The position numbers and the translations under genes were made by a program. The notes under the pieces are model-generated. The model made no database searches, was not told the origin of the DNA, and saw nothing but the letters and a program-made list of their open reading frames with translations. 64,000 nucleotides of DNA, taken from Anaerolineae bacterium. Lineage in GTDB: Bacteria; Chloroflexota; Anaerolineae; B4-G1; DUEL01. Numbering within the stretch: the stretch's first letter is position 1; each line of letters opens with the position of its first letter. Below, in pieces: positions 52,692 to 62,456 of the stretch. The stretch spans positions 7,266-71,265 of the forward strand of contig JAFGEI010000025.1 in NCBI GenBank assembly GCA_016931695.1. Reading direction: 5' to 3'.

Positions 52692-55600
52692 CTAGGGCAA
52701 CAACATCTCCAATTGAGCGAAATCGTCCGGCCCCAGCTGGTCGACGAGTTCCTGGGAGAGCGTATAGCCGGCCAGCATCTCTTCCTGGCTTGGCGACGTC
52801 CCGGCCGGCCAGGCGACGTCCAGGATGCGCGGGTAGTTGGTGCCGCCGGGCCGGCCGCCGACCTGCCATTGGGTCGCATCAGGTTCCAGCTCGCGCAGGT
52901 TGTCCGGCCCGTAGCCGTCGTGGCTCATGACCAGGACGGCGTACTGCCAGCTCGCCGGATCGTCCCCCAGCACCGACTGCGGCACCTTGACTGTCACCTT
53001 GCGCTGCCCCGGGTCGGGCAGGACCTGGATCTCGGTCTCGACCGCCTCCGGCTCGCCATCTGCACCTGGCTGGTAGAGGGTGGAGAACCAGCCGTTGACC
53101 CACAGCGCCCAATCCCAGCCGTAATCGGCGCCCAGGGCGGCGTTGCGGGAGGGCAGCAAGAGCCGCGCGCCGCTCCCCGGCCCGTCCTGATCGATGTAGA
53201 CGTCAAAGGACTGCAGGGAGAGGCCGGTGGGAGAGCCCCAGGCGTTGTCGACCGGGCCGCGGACGACGAACTTGAAGACGATGCTCTCCTCGTCATAGCC
53301 GACGCTAAAGCTGGTCAGGTCAAAGACCCCGCCCTGAAAGACCGAGTCGGTGGGGTAGTGATAGTCGCCCGGGCCATAGTCGTCTCCCTCCGGGTCGGCT
53401 ATCTCCAGCACCGTCGTCGTCCGCCCCAGGTCCGGCGTCACCAGGCGGGCTGGACCGCCCTCGGGCAGCACGGCGAGGTCGACCGGCCCTGTCTCTGCCG
53501 GCTGGCTAAAGACGGCGCGGAGGTTGACCGGGTCGCCGGTGTCCAACTGCGGGGCAATGACCGCGAAAGGAATTCCCAGCTCAATTGTCTTGCCGGCAAG
53601 GACAAAATCGGAGAGCGCCTGTGGCTCAATCCAGCCCCCGGCGCCATCGGCAGCGTAGAGGGTCGCCGCAACTGGCCTGGCTGACAGGGCTACCTCGAGC
53701 AAGTGGGTCGCGCCAAAGCCGAGCACCGTCTCCCGCCCGCCCCAGCGGGAGAAGGGGTTGGTCGCTCCGCCGCCGGGGACAGCGATATAGACGCCGAGGT
53801 ATGCTTCGCCCGCCTGGGGGGGGGCGGGCCATTCGCCAGGGCTGTCAAAGCGCAGGTAGAGATTTTGCGCGTCAAAGCCATAGGCCAGACGGTCAAACGT
53901 CTCCCCCGCCAGCGCCTGATAGTAGCCGCCCAGGGCCCACTCCTCCTCGTCGGCCTGGCCGTCGATCTGGGGGGAAATCAGGCCGGTGGCGGGCTGGTTG
54001 GGCGGCTGGGCCCGCTGCGGGATGACCGGCACGTCGAGAAAGGCCGGCGGTTCTTCTCCCAGCAGGCGGCAGACCTGCTGCAGGGTGCTGCGGAACTGCT
54101 GGTCGAAGGTGTCATCCTGGCCCGAGTCCTGGTCGGCCCCGTACCACCAGAACCAGTCCGACCCCTCGGCGACGTACATCATCTCCTGGGCGGCGGCCAG
54201 GCTCGCGGCGTCGATCGAGCGGCTGCCGCGCTCGTAGAGGGCCAGCAGTTCCCGCACCTGGTAGATATAGTCCCAGGCCTGGTTCTCCTCCTCCTCGCCG
54301 ATCCAGGTCGAGTAGGTGCCGTCGACCCAGGAACCGGCCCACAGGTCGTCGAGGGGCTGCGGCGCGGGGAACCACTCCAGGTACTCGGAGGGGGTCACGG
54401 TGACGATCTCTTCGTCCTCCGAAAGCAGTTGGTAGAGGGTGTGCAGGAATTCTTTGCCGTCGTTCTCGTAATACTCCCAGGCGTTCTCGCCGTCGAGGAT
54501 GACGGTGACGATGTGCGGTCCTTCCGTTCCCTGCTCTTGTAGTTGAGCGTGGATATTGTGCAGCCGGTCGACAAAGTCCTGCGCCGCCGCCTCGCCGTCC
54601 AGGCCGGAATAGGTGAACGAGACCTTGTCGGAGAGGACGTGGTCGCGGAAAAAGATGGCGACGGGCGCGGACACGATGCCGCCGCTCTCCTGGACCGTGT
54701 AGGGCTGGTAGAGCAGGTCGATCTCTTCGACGGTGTCGCTGCTGTCGCGTTCAAAGCCATCCATCTCCAGCGAATGGGCCAGCACCCGCTCGTCGGAGGC
54801 CATCCACTGGATGCCGGCCCGCCCGATCAGGCCGACCATGGCCTGGGCCACCGCGCCCTCGGCGGGCCACATGCCGCGCGGATCGACGCCAAAGTGATCG
54901 CGATAGTACTGCACTCCCAGCTCGACCTGGGCGACGGCGTCCTGGCCAAAGCGGAACGAGTCCGCCGGAAGCTCGGCGCCGGGCATGGCCTGGGTCGCCA
55001 GCCCGGTGTCGATGAGCAGGGGCAGGATGGGGTGGGCAAACGGGGTCATGGTCACCTCGATCTGGCCGTCCGCTTGCATCTCGCGGTGGAGCGGGATGAC
55101 CTCGTTAATGATGCGCCAATGTTCGTTGAGGATCGTCTCTTTATCCGCCTCGCTGTAATCCCGCCCCTGGGCGACCAGGGAGGCCAGCGGCTCCTCGGCC
55201 AGAAAATCGGGATCGGTCCAGCCGAGGTTAAAGAGCACCTGCAGGTCGCGGTAATCCTGCGCGGTCCAGACCGCCATCGCCGCCTGGATGTCGGCGTCGC
55301 TGGCGTCGGGCCGCATGTCCCGCAGCTCGACGTAGCGGGGAAAGCGCTCGATGATGTTGGCGTTGATGTCGAAAAAGTAGCGCAGGATGAACCACTTTTG
55401 CTCCGTGGTCAGCTGGTCGGCCGGGACGCGGCTCATCTCCCAGTACATGTCGGTCGCGCCGTTCGAGAGGTCGTCCAGCTGGCGGATCAGGCTGGGGGTC
55501 AGGTTGAAGGTGGCGTGGATGTCGGGGTATTCCTGCAGGATCGCTGCCATGTCGTAATAGTCCTTGGCGGCGTGGAGGCGGACCCACGGCTTGACATAGA

Positions 55601-55754
55601 TGCCAGTGTCCGGCTCCTGGTAGTAGACGGGTTGGTGCTGGTGCCAGATGATCGCCAGGTAGAGCACGTCCTCGTCGGGGCGGGACTGGCAGGTGGGAAA
55701 CAGGCCCACGGTCAGGGCGGCGAGGATGGCGAGGCAAAGCGTTTTGGTTTTCAT
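52692..55754 (-). CDS. Secreted GH57-family alpha-glucan-active enzyme with C-terminal glucodextranase-like domain
   Basis: Signal peptide. The GH57 region 1 (AIIWHQHQP), the catalytic Glu region (ILDGENAWEYY) and further GH57 regions are present. The C-terminal GDDYGPGDYHYPTD is typical of glucodextranase domain C. Confidence 0.85.
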   Translation of the reverse strand: MKTKTLCLAILAALTVGLFPTCQSRPDEDVLYLAIIWHQHQPVYYQEPDTGIYVKPWVRLHAAKDYYDMAAILQEYPDIHATFNLTPSLIRQLDDLSNGATDMYWEMSRVPADQLTTEQKWFILRYFFDINANIIERFPRYVELRDMRPDASDADIQAAMAVWTAQDYRDLQVLFNLGWTDPDFLAEEPLASLVAQGRDYSEADKETILNEHWRIINEVIPLHREMQADGQIEVTMTPFAHPILPLLIDTGLATQAMPGAELPADSFRFGQDAVAQVELGVQYYRDHFGVDPRGMWPAEGAVAQAMVGLIGRAGIQWMASDERVLAHSLEMDGFERDSSDTVEEIDLLYQPYTVQESGGIVSAPVAIFFRDHVLSDKVSFTYSGLDGEAAAQDFVDRLHNIHAQLQEQGTEGPHIVTVILDGENAWEYYENDGKEFLHTLYQLLSEDEEIVTVTPSEYLEWFPAPQPLDDLWAGSWVDGTYSTWIGEEEENQAWDYIYQVRELLALYERGSRSIDAASLAAAQEMMYVAEGSDWFWWYGADQDSGQDDTFDQQFRSTLQQVCRLLGEEPPAFLDVPVIPQRAQPPNQPATGLISPQIDGQADEEEWALGGYYQALAGETFDRLAYGFDAQNLYLRFDSPGEWPAPPQAGEAYLGVYIAVPGGGATNPFSRWGGRETVLGFGATHLLEVALSARPVAATLYAADGAGGWIEPQALSDFVLAGKTIELGIPFAVIAPQLDTGDPVNLRAVFSQPAETGPVDLAVLPEGGPARLVTPDLGRTTTVLEIADPEGDDYGPGDYHYPTDSVFQGGVFDLTSFSVGYDEESIVFKFVVRGPVDNAWGSPTGLSLQSFDVYIDQDGPGSGARLLLPSRNAALGADYGWDWALWVNGWFSTLYQPGADGEPEAVETEIQVLPDPGQRKVTVKVPQSVLGDDPASWQYAVLVMSHDGYGPDNLRELEPDATQWQVGGRPGGTNYPRILDVAWPAGTSPSQEEMLAGYTLSQELVDQLGPDDFAQLEMLLP

Positions 55755-55823
55755 CGTCTATCTCCTTTGTAGATGACGAGGGCTGCTGGCGGGAATTTTT
55801 ACGGCTTCCTTGTCATCACGCGG

Positions 55824-57524
55824 CTATTCCCGCCGTTCTAACAGCAGCACAATTCCCTGTCGCGGTGGCAGGTTTCCCCGTGGGATGTAGCTGAACGCAC
55901 CATCTTGGCCCACCGACAGATCACCGGCCCTCGTGTCGGTCAGCAAATCGAGGGCGTGGTACTCGCCGGGAGAGAGAGGCCCGGCAAACAGCGAGAGCGT
56001 GCAGTTGCGCTCCCGCTCGGCGCCGAAATTCGCCACCACCAACAGCGTCTCCGTTTCGTGGTGGCGCAGGAAGGCATAGACGCGGTTGCAGCTGCTCTCC
56101 AGCGGGATCAGCTCCCCCCAGCGCAGGGCGACGTGGTCGCTGCGCAGGTGGATCAGCCGCCGGTAGTGGCTGAGCAGCGAGTGGGGATCGGCCGATTCGG
56201 CCGCCACGTTGATGGTCGCATAGTCCTCGTTGACCGGGTTCCACGGCCGGCGGGTGGTGAACCCGGCGTGCGCGTCGTCGCTCCACTGCATCGGTGTGCG
56301 GATCGACGGGTCAGGCTTTTGCCCGCTCATGCCGATCTCTTCGCCATAATAGATAAAGGGCACGCCGGGCAGGGTCAGCAGCAGCGTTGCCGCCAACCTG
56401 GCCTGGTCGACGTCGCCGCCCAGCTCACTCATCACCCGCTCCTGGTCGTGGTTGGTCAGAAAAGTGGCGTATTGACCTTGCGGGTAGGCAGACTGGGCCT
56501 GCGTCACGACGTAGGCCAGCCAATCCGGGATGCCATTGTCCACCCCGTCGACGATCGCGCTCGCCAAGTCGAACTCAAAGACCAGGTCGAGTTCGTCGTC
56601 AACGACGTAGGAAGCGGCCTGGCTCGTGTCATCCCACACCTCGCCGACGGTCAGCACGTCGGGGCCGACGTCGTCGGTGAACCGGTCAAAGTCGGCCAGC
56701 CAGGCGTGGGTGGCGGCGGTGTTTTCCTGTTGCTGGCCTTCCTCGACGAGGTGGCGCGCGGCGTCGAGGCGAAAGCCGTCCGCCCCCATGTCGACCAGCC
56801 AGAAATGGGCCACGTCGTGCATCGCCGCCGTCACTTGCGGGTTGCGGTAGTTGAGGTCGGGCATCTGGTCCCAGAAGAGGCCGTAGTAGAAATCGTCGCC
56901 CCGGCGGTGCCAGACCCGCTGGTCCCACGGCCCGTTGTAGCCGGGGTTCTCCTCGCTCCAGACGTACCAGTCGCGGTAGGTCGCATCTGGGCCGACCGTG
57001 GCGTTGACGAACCAGGGATGGGCGGCGGAGGTGTGGTTCAGCACCAGGTCGACGATGACGCGGATGCCGCGGGCGTGGGCCGCGTCGATCAGGGCGCGGA
57101 AATCCTCGTTGGTGCCATAATCTTGCTCGACGGTCATATAGTCGGTCACGTCGTAGCCGTGGTAGCTGGGTGACTGGGCGATGGGCATGAGCCAGATGCC
57201 GCTGACGCCCAGGTCGTCGCTGGTGGTGGGATCGCCGTCGTTCAGATAATCCAGCTTTTCGATCAGGCCGGGCAGGTCGCCGATGCCGTCGCCATCGCTG
57301 TCGTAAAAACTGCGCACAAAGACTTGGTAAAAGACGGCGTCGTTCCACCAGCCGCTCTCGCCGGAGGGAGGCGGGACTGGGGTATCGGTTGGGGCGGCGG
57401 GGGGCAGCGTCGGGTTGCAGTTGGCAAGGACGAGCAGTGTCGTCAGCAGGGCAATTGCCCGCCCGCCAGGCCGGGATCGGGCCCGCGCCGGACGGCAGCG
57501 GTGAATGGCGAAACGTGTGGTCAT
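55824..57524 (-). CDS. GH13 alpha-amylase family lipoprotein
   Basis: Lipobox LVLANC. The GH13 conserved regions DLVLNH, GFRLDAARH, EVWD and FLTNHDQ are all present. Confidence 0.9.
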   Translation of the reverse strand: MTTRFAIHRCRPARARSRPGGRAIALLTTLLVLANCNPTLPPAAPTDTPVPPPSGESGWWNDAVFYQVFVRSFYDSDGDGIGDLPGLIEKLDYLNDGDPTTSDDLGVSGIWLMPIAQSPSYHGYDVTDYMTVEQDYGTNEDFRALIDAAHARGIRVIVDLVLNHTSAAHPWFVNATVGPDATYRDWYVWSEENPGYNGPWDQRVWHRRGDDFYYGLFWDQMPDLNYRNPQVTAAMHDVAHFWLVDMGADGFRLDAARHLVEEGQQQENTAATHAWLADFDRFTDDVGPDVLTVGEVWDDTSQAASYVVDDELDLVFEFDLASAIVDGVDNGIPDWLAYVVTQAQSAYPQGQYATFLTNHDQERVMSELGGDVDQARLAATLLLTLPGVPFIYYGEEIGMSGQKPDPSIRTPMQWSDDAHAGFTTRRPWNPVNEDYATINVAAESADPHSLLSHYRRLIHLRSDHVALRWGELIPLESSCNRVYAFLRHHETETLLVVANFGAERERNCTLSLFAGPLSPGEYHALDLLTDTRAGDLSVGQDGAFSYIPRGNLPPRQGIVLLLERRE

Positions 57525-57591
57525 GTTTCCTCGCAGCGGGAATTATAGTACAGTCTGCGGCGCAGGGCAAAAGACCGGTGTCGGGGTGCGC

Positions 57592-57620
57592 TTGCGCCTG
57601 CCGACAACTTGCACTATACT
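57592..57620 (+). promoter_or_regulatory. Putative promoter: -35 TTGCGC, 17-bp spacer, -10 TATACT
   Basis: Upstream of the 57637 gene. A short leader carries a weak SD. Confidence 0.35.
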
Positions 57621-57636
57621 GGAGTGAAAGGATCAG

Positions 57637-59121
57637 ATGACATCACTAATCGTGATCGATATTGACGGGCTGCGCCGTGACGTATTTCGCGACAGCCTGG
57701 AGGCGGGGAAACTGCCGCACGTCGAGCGCATCGTCGGCGGGCCGGGCGGCTCGTTTGCCTGCCACGTCGACGCGGTCAGCACCGCCCCCTCCATCACCTT
57801 TGCTGCCCAGGCCAGCATATTCACCGGCGAGCACCCCGGACGCCACGGCATCGCCGGCAACGAGAGCTTTGACCGGCTGGGGCGCATCTCGGATGGCCGG
57901 CCGCGCCACTTTGGCTTTGACGTCGGCTACACGCTGGCGGTGGACGACGCCGTCGCCGTGTTCACCGACGGGCTGGCCTCCCGGCTGCTCAGCCGGGACG
58001 TGTCCACGCTGTACGAGCAGGTGGCGCGGCGCGATTGGACCTCGGCTGTCTTTTACCACATGATCGCCCGCGGCGCTGGCGCCTGGACCCCGCCCGACGT
58101 GGTTGACATCGCCCGCTTCACCAAGGGCAACTGGCTGCTGGGCCTGGAGGCCGGGCGGTACGACGCGGGCATGCTCGACCAACTGCTCGCCTACCTGGGC
58201 GCGGGCCACCGGCCCGACGTCCTGACCGTCTATTTGATGGGGCTGGACCATCACAGCCACGCCCACGGCCCCGCGGGCCAGCCGGATTACCTGCAGGAAA
58301 TCGTCGATCCCCAGATCGGCCGCCTGCTGGACGGGCTGCAGGCGGCCGGCATGCTCGACGGGGCGGTCGTGGTGCTGGTCAGCGATCACGGCCAGATCGA
58401 GGTCGTGCCCGACGACCGCCATTCAATCCGCCTCGGCTTTCCCTTCGACCGCGAGCTGGGCCACCTCTTTGCCGCCCTCGGCCTCGACGTCCACGACATC
58501 CCCGGCGAGGACCCGGCATGCGATGCGGTCATGGGGCTCAACGGCGGGCTGGCCCACGTCTACCTGCAGCACCGCGCCGGGCGCTGGGCCGATCCGCCGC
58601 GCTACCAGGAGGACGTCCTGCCGGTGGCCGAGGCCTTTTACCAGCTGAACCGCAGCGGCAAGTACGAGCCGGAACTGGTCGGCAGCCTGGAGCTGATCCT
58701 GCTGCGAAACAGCGAGCAGGAGGGATGGCAGGGAGAGTACCGTGCCTACCTGGGCGGTGGGCAGACCCAGCCCCTGGCCGATTACCTGCAGGCCCATCCG
58801 GAACTCGATTACGTCGACGCCGTCAACCGCATCCGCCTCGCCGCCTCTGCCATGAGCGGCGACTTGATCCTCGCCGCCAACGGCGGCGCGGGGTTCTACT
58901 TTGGCGCGCCCATCGTCGGCGTGCACGGCGGGCTCTACCCGGGCGACTCGGAGGCGGTGCTGACCTTTGCCCTGCCCGGTGGCTCTGCCGACGACGTCGC
59001 CTGGCTGCGCGAGACGGTGAACGGCGTGATTGCGGACCGGCGGGCCAACGAAGGGCAGCGCCAGCCCAGCGTCGCCGACATGGTCCCGGCGGCCATGGCA
59101 CTTTTGCAGCCAGGACCATGA
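57637..59121 (+). CDS. Alkaline-phosphatase-superfamily enzyme (type I phosphodiesterase / nucleotide pyrophosphatase-like)
   Basis: VIDIDGLRRD is the N-terminal metal-site motif. HSHAHG and VSDHG are characteristic of the AP/NPP superfamily. Confidence 0.8.
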   Translation: MTSLIVIDIDGLRRDVFRDSLEAGKLPHVERIVGGPGGSFACHVDAVSTAPSITFAAQASIFTGEHPGRHGIAGNESFDRLGRISDGRPRHFGFDVGYTLAVDDAVAVFTDGLASRLLSRDVSTLYEQVARRDWTSAVFYHMIARGAGAWTPPDVVDIARFTKGNWLLGLEAGRYDAGMLDQLLAYLGAGHRPDVLTVYLMGLDHHSHAHGPAGQPDYLQEIVDPQIGRLLDGLQAAGMLDGAVVVLVSDHGQIEVVPDDRHSIRLGFPFDRELGHLFAALGLDVHDIPGEDPACDAVMGLNGGLAHVYLQHRAGRWADPPRYQEDVLPVAEAFYQLNRSGKYEPELVGSLELILLRNSEQEGWQGEYRAYLGGGQTQPLADYLQAHPELDYVDAVNRIRLAASAMSGDLILAANGGAGFYFGAPIVGVHGGLYPGDSEAVLTFALPGGSADDVAWLRETVNGVIADRRANEGQRQPSVADMVPAAMALLQPGP

Positions 59122-59981
59122 TCATCCTGTCGACCGGCTCCATCTATACCTACGGCACCGCCCGCGCCCTGGCCCTGGCGGCCGAGACCGGCTACGATGG
59201 CGTGGAAGTGACCATCGACGACCGCTGGGATACCCGCCAGCCGGCCTATCTGCGGCGTCTTGCCGAGACCTATGGCACCCCCATCGCCGCCTTGCACAGC
59301 CCCTTTGTCGCCACGGTGAGCGGCTGGCCGGCCTGCCAGCTCGAGCGGCTGAAGCGCTCGGTTGCGCTGGCCCAGGAACTGGGCACGCCGGTAGTCGTCA
59401 CCCACCTGCCCTTTCGCTTTTATGGCCTGCTGGGGCATTTGCACGGCTTGGGCTACCGCCGCTTTGTTCTGCCGCTGCCGCTGCCCTGGCTGCGGCGGGA
59501 ACCTTACTACTATGCCCTGCGCGATGGCCAGCTGCGGCAGCTGGAGGAGGCGGCTGGCGTGATCATCGCCGTGGAGAACATGCCCGCTTTCCCGCTGCTG
59601 GGCCGGCCGGTCGACATCCACTGGTTCAACCGCCTGGACGAGCTGGCCCGCTTTCCCCACCTCACCCTCGACACCACCCACCTGGGAACGTGGGGCCTGG
59701 ACCCGCTGCGCGTCTACGAACGGCTGCGGGGGCGGGTAGCCCACGTCCATCTATCCAACTTTGACGGGCGGGAGCACCGCTCTCCCCCCGATGGCGACCT
59801 GCCGCTGGCGGCGCTGCTGCGGCGCATGGCGGGCAGCGGCTACCGGGGGGCGATCAGTGTCGAGACTCACCCCGACGCGCTGGGGGCTGAAGACGAGGTG
59901 CAATGCCGGAGCGCGCTGCGGCGGGCGCTGCTTTTCTGCCGCGAGAATTTTGTCGAGGAGGAAGCCGATGTCAAACAATAG
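59118..59981 (+). CDS. Sugar phosphate isomerase/epimerase (xylose isomerase-like TIM barrel)
   Basis: ATG 59118 overlaps the upstream stop (ATGA). GYDGVEV, VVVTHL, VENMP and HVHLSNFDG match the TIM-barrel AP-endonuclease/xylose-isomerase-like family. Confidence 0.8.
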   Translation: MIILSTGSIYTYGTARALALAAETGYDGVEVTIDDRWDTRQPAYLRRLAETYGTPIAALHSPFVATVSGWPACQLERLKRSVALAQELGTPVVVTHLPFRFYGLLGHLHGLGYRRFVLPLPLPWLRREPYYYALRDGQLRQLEEAAGVIIAVENMPAFPLLGRPVDIHWFNRLDELARFPHLTLDTTHLGTWGLDPLRVYERLRGRVAHVHLSNFDGREHRSPPDGDLPLAALLRRMAGSGYRGAISVETHPDALGAEDEVQCRSALRRALLFCRENFVEEEADVKQ

Positions 59982-60582
59982 CAGCCGGACAATGCGGTTT
60001 CTCCAGCAAGAAAACGTGCGCTTGCAGGAAGAGAACCAGGTGCTGAAGGAGCAGGTCTCGGCTCTGCAGCGATACGTCCACGCTTTGCAACAACTGCAGG
60101 AAACGGTCCATCGCTTTACGCCAGAACAGGACATTCTGTCCCTGCTGGACGAGACGATGTACTGCGCCATGATGCTGCTGGACACCGCCGACGGATCGCT
60201 GATGCTGGTCGACGACGAGAGCAACGAACTGGTCTTTGTGCTGGTCCACGGCGCGGTGCGGGAGACGCTGCCCGGCTATCGCTTCGATCAGCGCAAGGGA
60301 ATTGCCGGCTGGGTGGCGGAGAACAAACAGCCGGCCGTTGTCAACGACGTCCGGGCCGATCCCCGCTTCATCTCCGAGGTCGACGAGTATTTCAGCTTCC
60401 ACACCCAGTCCCTGGTGGCGGTGCCGTTGATCGCCCGCAATAGGGTCTATGGCGTCATCGAGATGGTGAACAAGCAGGGGGGAGAGAATTTCACCGACGA
60501 GGACGTCAGCCTGCTGCTGATCGCGGCGACGCTCTGTGCCTCGGCGCTCGACTATGCCGCTTCAGGGGCGCCGGAGGGGTAA
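59968..60582 (+). CDS. GAF-domain protein with N-terminal coiled coil
   Basis: ATG 59968. A coiled coil (LQQENVRLQEENQVLKEQVSALQ) is followed by a GAF-like core (GSLMLVDDESNELVFV...GIAGWVAENKQPAVVNDV...VPLIARNRVYGVIEMVNK). Confidence 0.7.
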   Translation: MSNNSSRTMRFLQQENVRLQEENQVLKEQVSALQRYVHALQQLQETVHRFTPEQDILSLLDETMYCAMMLLDTADGSLMLVDDESNELVFVLVHGAVRETLPGYRFDQRKGIAGWVAENKQPAVVNDVRADPRFISEVDEYFSFHTQSLVAVPLIARNRVYGVIEMVNKQGGENFTDEDVSLLLIAATLCASALDYAASGAPEG

Positions 60583-60587
60583 AGTCA

Positions 60588-60617
60588 GGATGGGCCGGAG
60601 TTTAACTGTGGCCCATC
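60588..60617. repeat. Second copy of the GGATGGGCC...GGCCCATC palindromic element (REP-like), in the convergent gap GAF gene / ribF
   Basis: GGATGGGCCGGAGTTTAACTGTGGCCCATC, compared with GGATGGGCCAGAGTGAAACTCTGGCCCATCC at 21354-21384. A partial third arm CCATCTGTGG follows. Confidence 0.5.
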
Positions 60618-60651
60618 TGTGAACTCCAGTCCATCTGTGGGTCTCGTCGTG

Positions 60652-61581
60652 TCATCCCTCGTCATTTGCCAGGATCTGCCGCGCCTGGGCGATATCCTCC
60701 TGCATCTTTGCCACGAGTACGTTCAAGCTGGGAAATACTTGCTCGTCCCGCAGGCGGGCGACAAACTCCAGCCCCAGTTGCTGCCCGTACAGATCGCCGT
60801 TGAAATCGAGCAGGTGTGCTTCGACCGTGAGCTCGTCGTCGGCGATGGTCGGGCGCACCCCGACGTTGGTCACTGCCGGCCACGACCCCGCCCGTTCTGT
60901 CCGCGCGGTGCAGGCATAGACGCCGTTCGCCGGGATCAGGCGGCCTGCTGGCGGCGCCAGGTTTGCGGTGGGCACGCCGAGAGTGCGGCCCAATGCCCGC
61001 CCGTACACCACTTGGCCAGCCAGGTAATAGGGGCGCCCCAGGCAGCCGTTTGCCTCCGCCACGTCGCCGGCGGTGAGAGCGGCGCGAATGCGCGTGCTGC
61101 TGACCACTTTCCCCTTCCAGCGCAGCGGTTCCACGACCCGCATCGCAAATCCCATCCGCCGGCCCAGCTTTTGGAGATAGTCCACGTTCCCTTCCCGCCG
61201 GTGCCCCAGTGCAAAGTCGGGCCCGGCCCACAGCTCTTTCATCTGCAGGGATTGGCACAGCGAGGCCGCGAAACGGGCCGCCGAGGTGCCGGCGACGGCG
61301 GCAGTAAAACGGAGAACCACCAACAGGTCCACCTGCAGCTCCTCCAGCAACACCGCCCGCTCCTGCACCGTGGAGAGCGCCGCCACGGGACTCCGGCCCA
61401 GCATGGCGCCCGGTCGCGGGTCAAATGTCAACACTGCCGCATCGTGCCCGGCCTGGTGGGCCGTTTCAGTCATCGTGCCGATCAACTGCTGGTGGCCGCG
61501 GTGAATGCCGTCGAAGGTGCCGATGGCGATGTGGGTTGGGTGGGACGGATTTGCCACAGCAAGATCGTGGATGATCTTCAT
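60652..61581 (-). CDS. ribF: Bifunctional riboflavin kinase / FMN adenylyltransferase
   Basis: The start is taken at MKIIHDLAV. GTFDGIHRGHQQLI is the FAD synthetase motif. The C-terminal riboflavin kinase has PTANL...GVYA and the E...LLDF region. Confidence 0.9.
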   Translation of the reverse strand: MKIIHDLAVANPSHPTHIAIGTFDGIHRGHQQLIGTMTETAHQAGHDAAVLTFDPRPGAMLGRSPVAALSTVQERAVLLEELQVDLLVVLRFTAAVAGTSAARFAASLCQSLQMKELWAGPDFALGHRREGNVDYLQKLGRRMGFAMRVVEPLRWKGKVVSSTRIRAALTAGDVAEANGCLGRPYYLAGQVVYGRALGRTLGVPTANLAPPAGRLIPANGVYACTARTERAGSWPAVTNVGVRPTIADDELTVEAHLLDFNGDLYGQQLGLEFVARLRDEQVFPSLNVLVAKMQEDIAQARQILANDEG

Positions 61582-62456
61582 CGTGCTTCCTGGGCCAGGA
61601 CCTTGCGCGGCTGCCAGGCGCCGCGGTCGGCCTGATAGACCATCACGGCCAACAGGCCCCCCGCCGGCCCGTAGGCGCGGGCGACGGCACCGTCCGCCGC
61701 CGCCGCGGCGGCGCTCACCGCCTGGCCCGACTGCACCGCCCGCGCTTCCTGCTCGTCCAGTTCGAGCGCCGGGTAGCGCTGCAGCGCCGCGTCCATCGGC
61801 AGCAGCTGCGAGGGGAGCCGGGCGGGCGTCAGCGAATCCAGCGGCAGGGCGTCCTGCAGGTGGAAATCGCCGCTGGCGAGGCGGACCAGGCTCACCAGGT
61901 GCGCGCCGCAGCCCAGTTGTCGCCCCAGGTCGTGGGCCAGGGAGCGGATGTACGTACCTGGCGAGCAGGTGACCTCGAGGGTGAATTCGGGGGGTGCCCA
62001 ATCCTGCAGCGTCAGGCGCTCGATCTCTACCGGGCGCGGCTGGCGCGGCACCTCGATCCCTTGCCGTGCCAGATCGTAGAGCCGCCGCCCGCGGTGCCTG
62101 ACGGCGGAATACATCGGCGGGACCTGCAGAATCGGGCCGTGAAACGAGGAGAGAGCATCTTCCAGTTCTGCCCGGTCGACTGCCACCGGGCGCTCGGCTA
62201 CCACGACCCCTTCGACGTCGTAGGTGTCTGTCTCCTGCCCGAGACGGACCCGGGCCCGGTACTGCTTGGGCGAGTCGACGAGGTATTCGACCAGGCGCGT
62301 GGCTTGCCCCAGGCAGACGACGAGGACGCCGGTCGCCAGCGGGTCGAGGGTGCCGGCGTGGCCCACCCGGCGCTGCCGGGCGACCTGGCGCACGCGGTTG
62401 ACCACGTCGTGGGAGGTCAGCCTGCGGGGTTTATCAAGGTTGAGGATGCCGTTCAT
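61578..62456 (-). CDS. truB: tRNA pseudouridine(55) synthase
   Basis: The start is taken at MNGILNLDKP. The catalytic Asp region is GHAGTLDPLATGVL. A PUA-like C-terminus is present. The stop overlaps the ribF start (ATGA). Confidence 0.92.
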   Translation of the reverse strand: MNGILNLDKPRRLTSHDVVNRVRQVARQRRVGHAGTLDPLATGVLVVCLGQATRLVEYLVDSPKQYRARVRLGQETDTYDVEGVVVAERPVAVDRAELEDALSSFHGPILQVPPMYSAVRHRGRRLYDLARQGIEVPRQPRPVEIERLTLQDWAPPEFTLEVTCSPGTYIRSLAHDLGRQLGCGAHLVSLVRLASGDFHLQDALPLDSLTPARLPSQLLPMDAALQRYPALELDEQEARAVQSGQAVSAAAAAADGAVARAYGPAGGLLAVMVYQADRGAWQPRKVLAQEAR

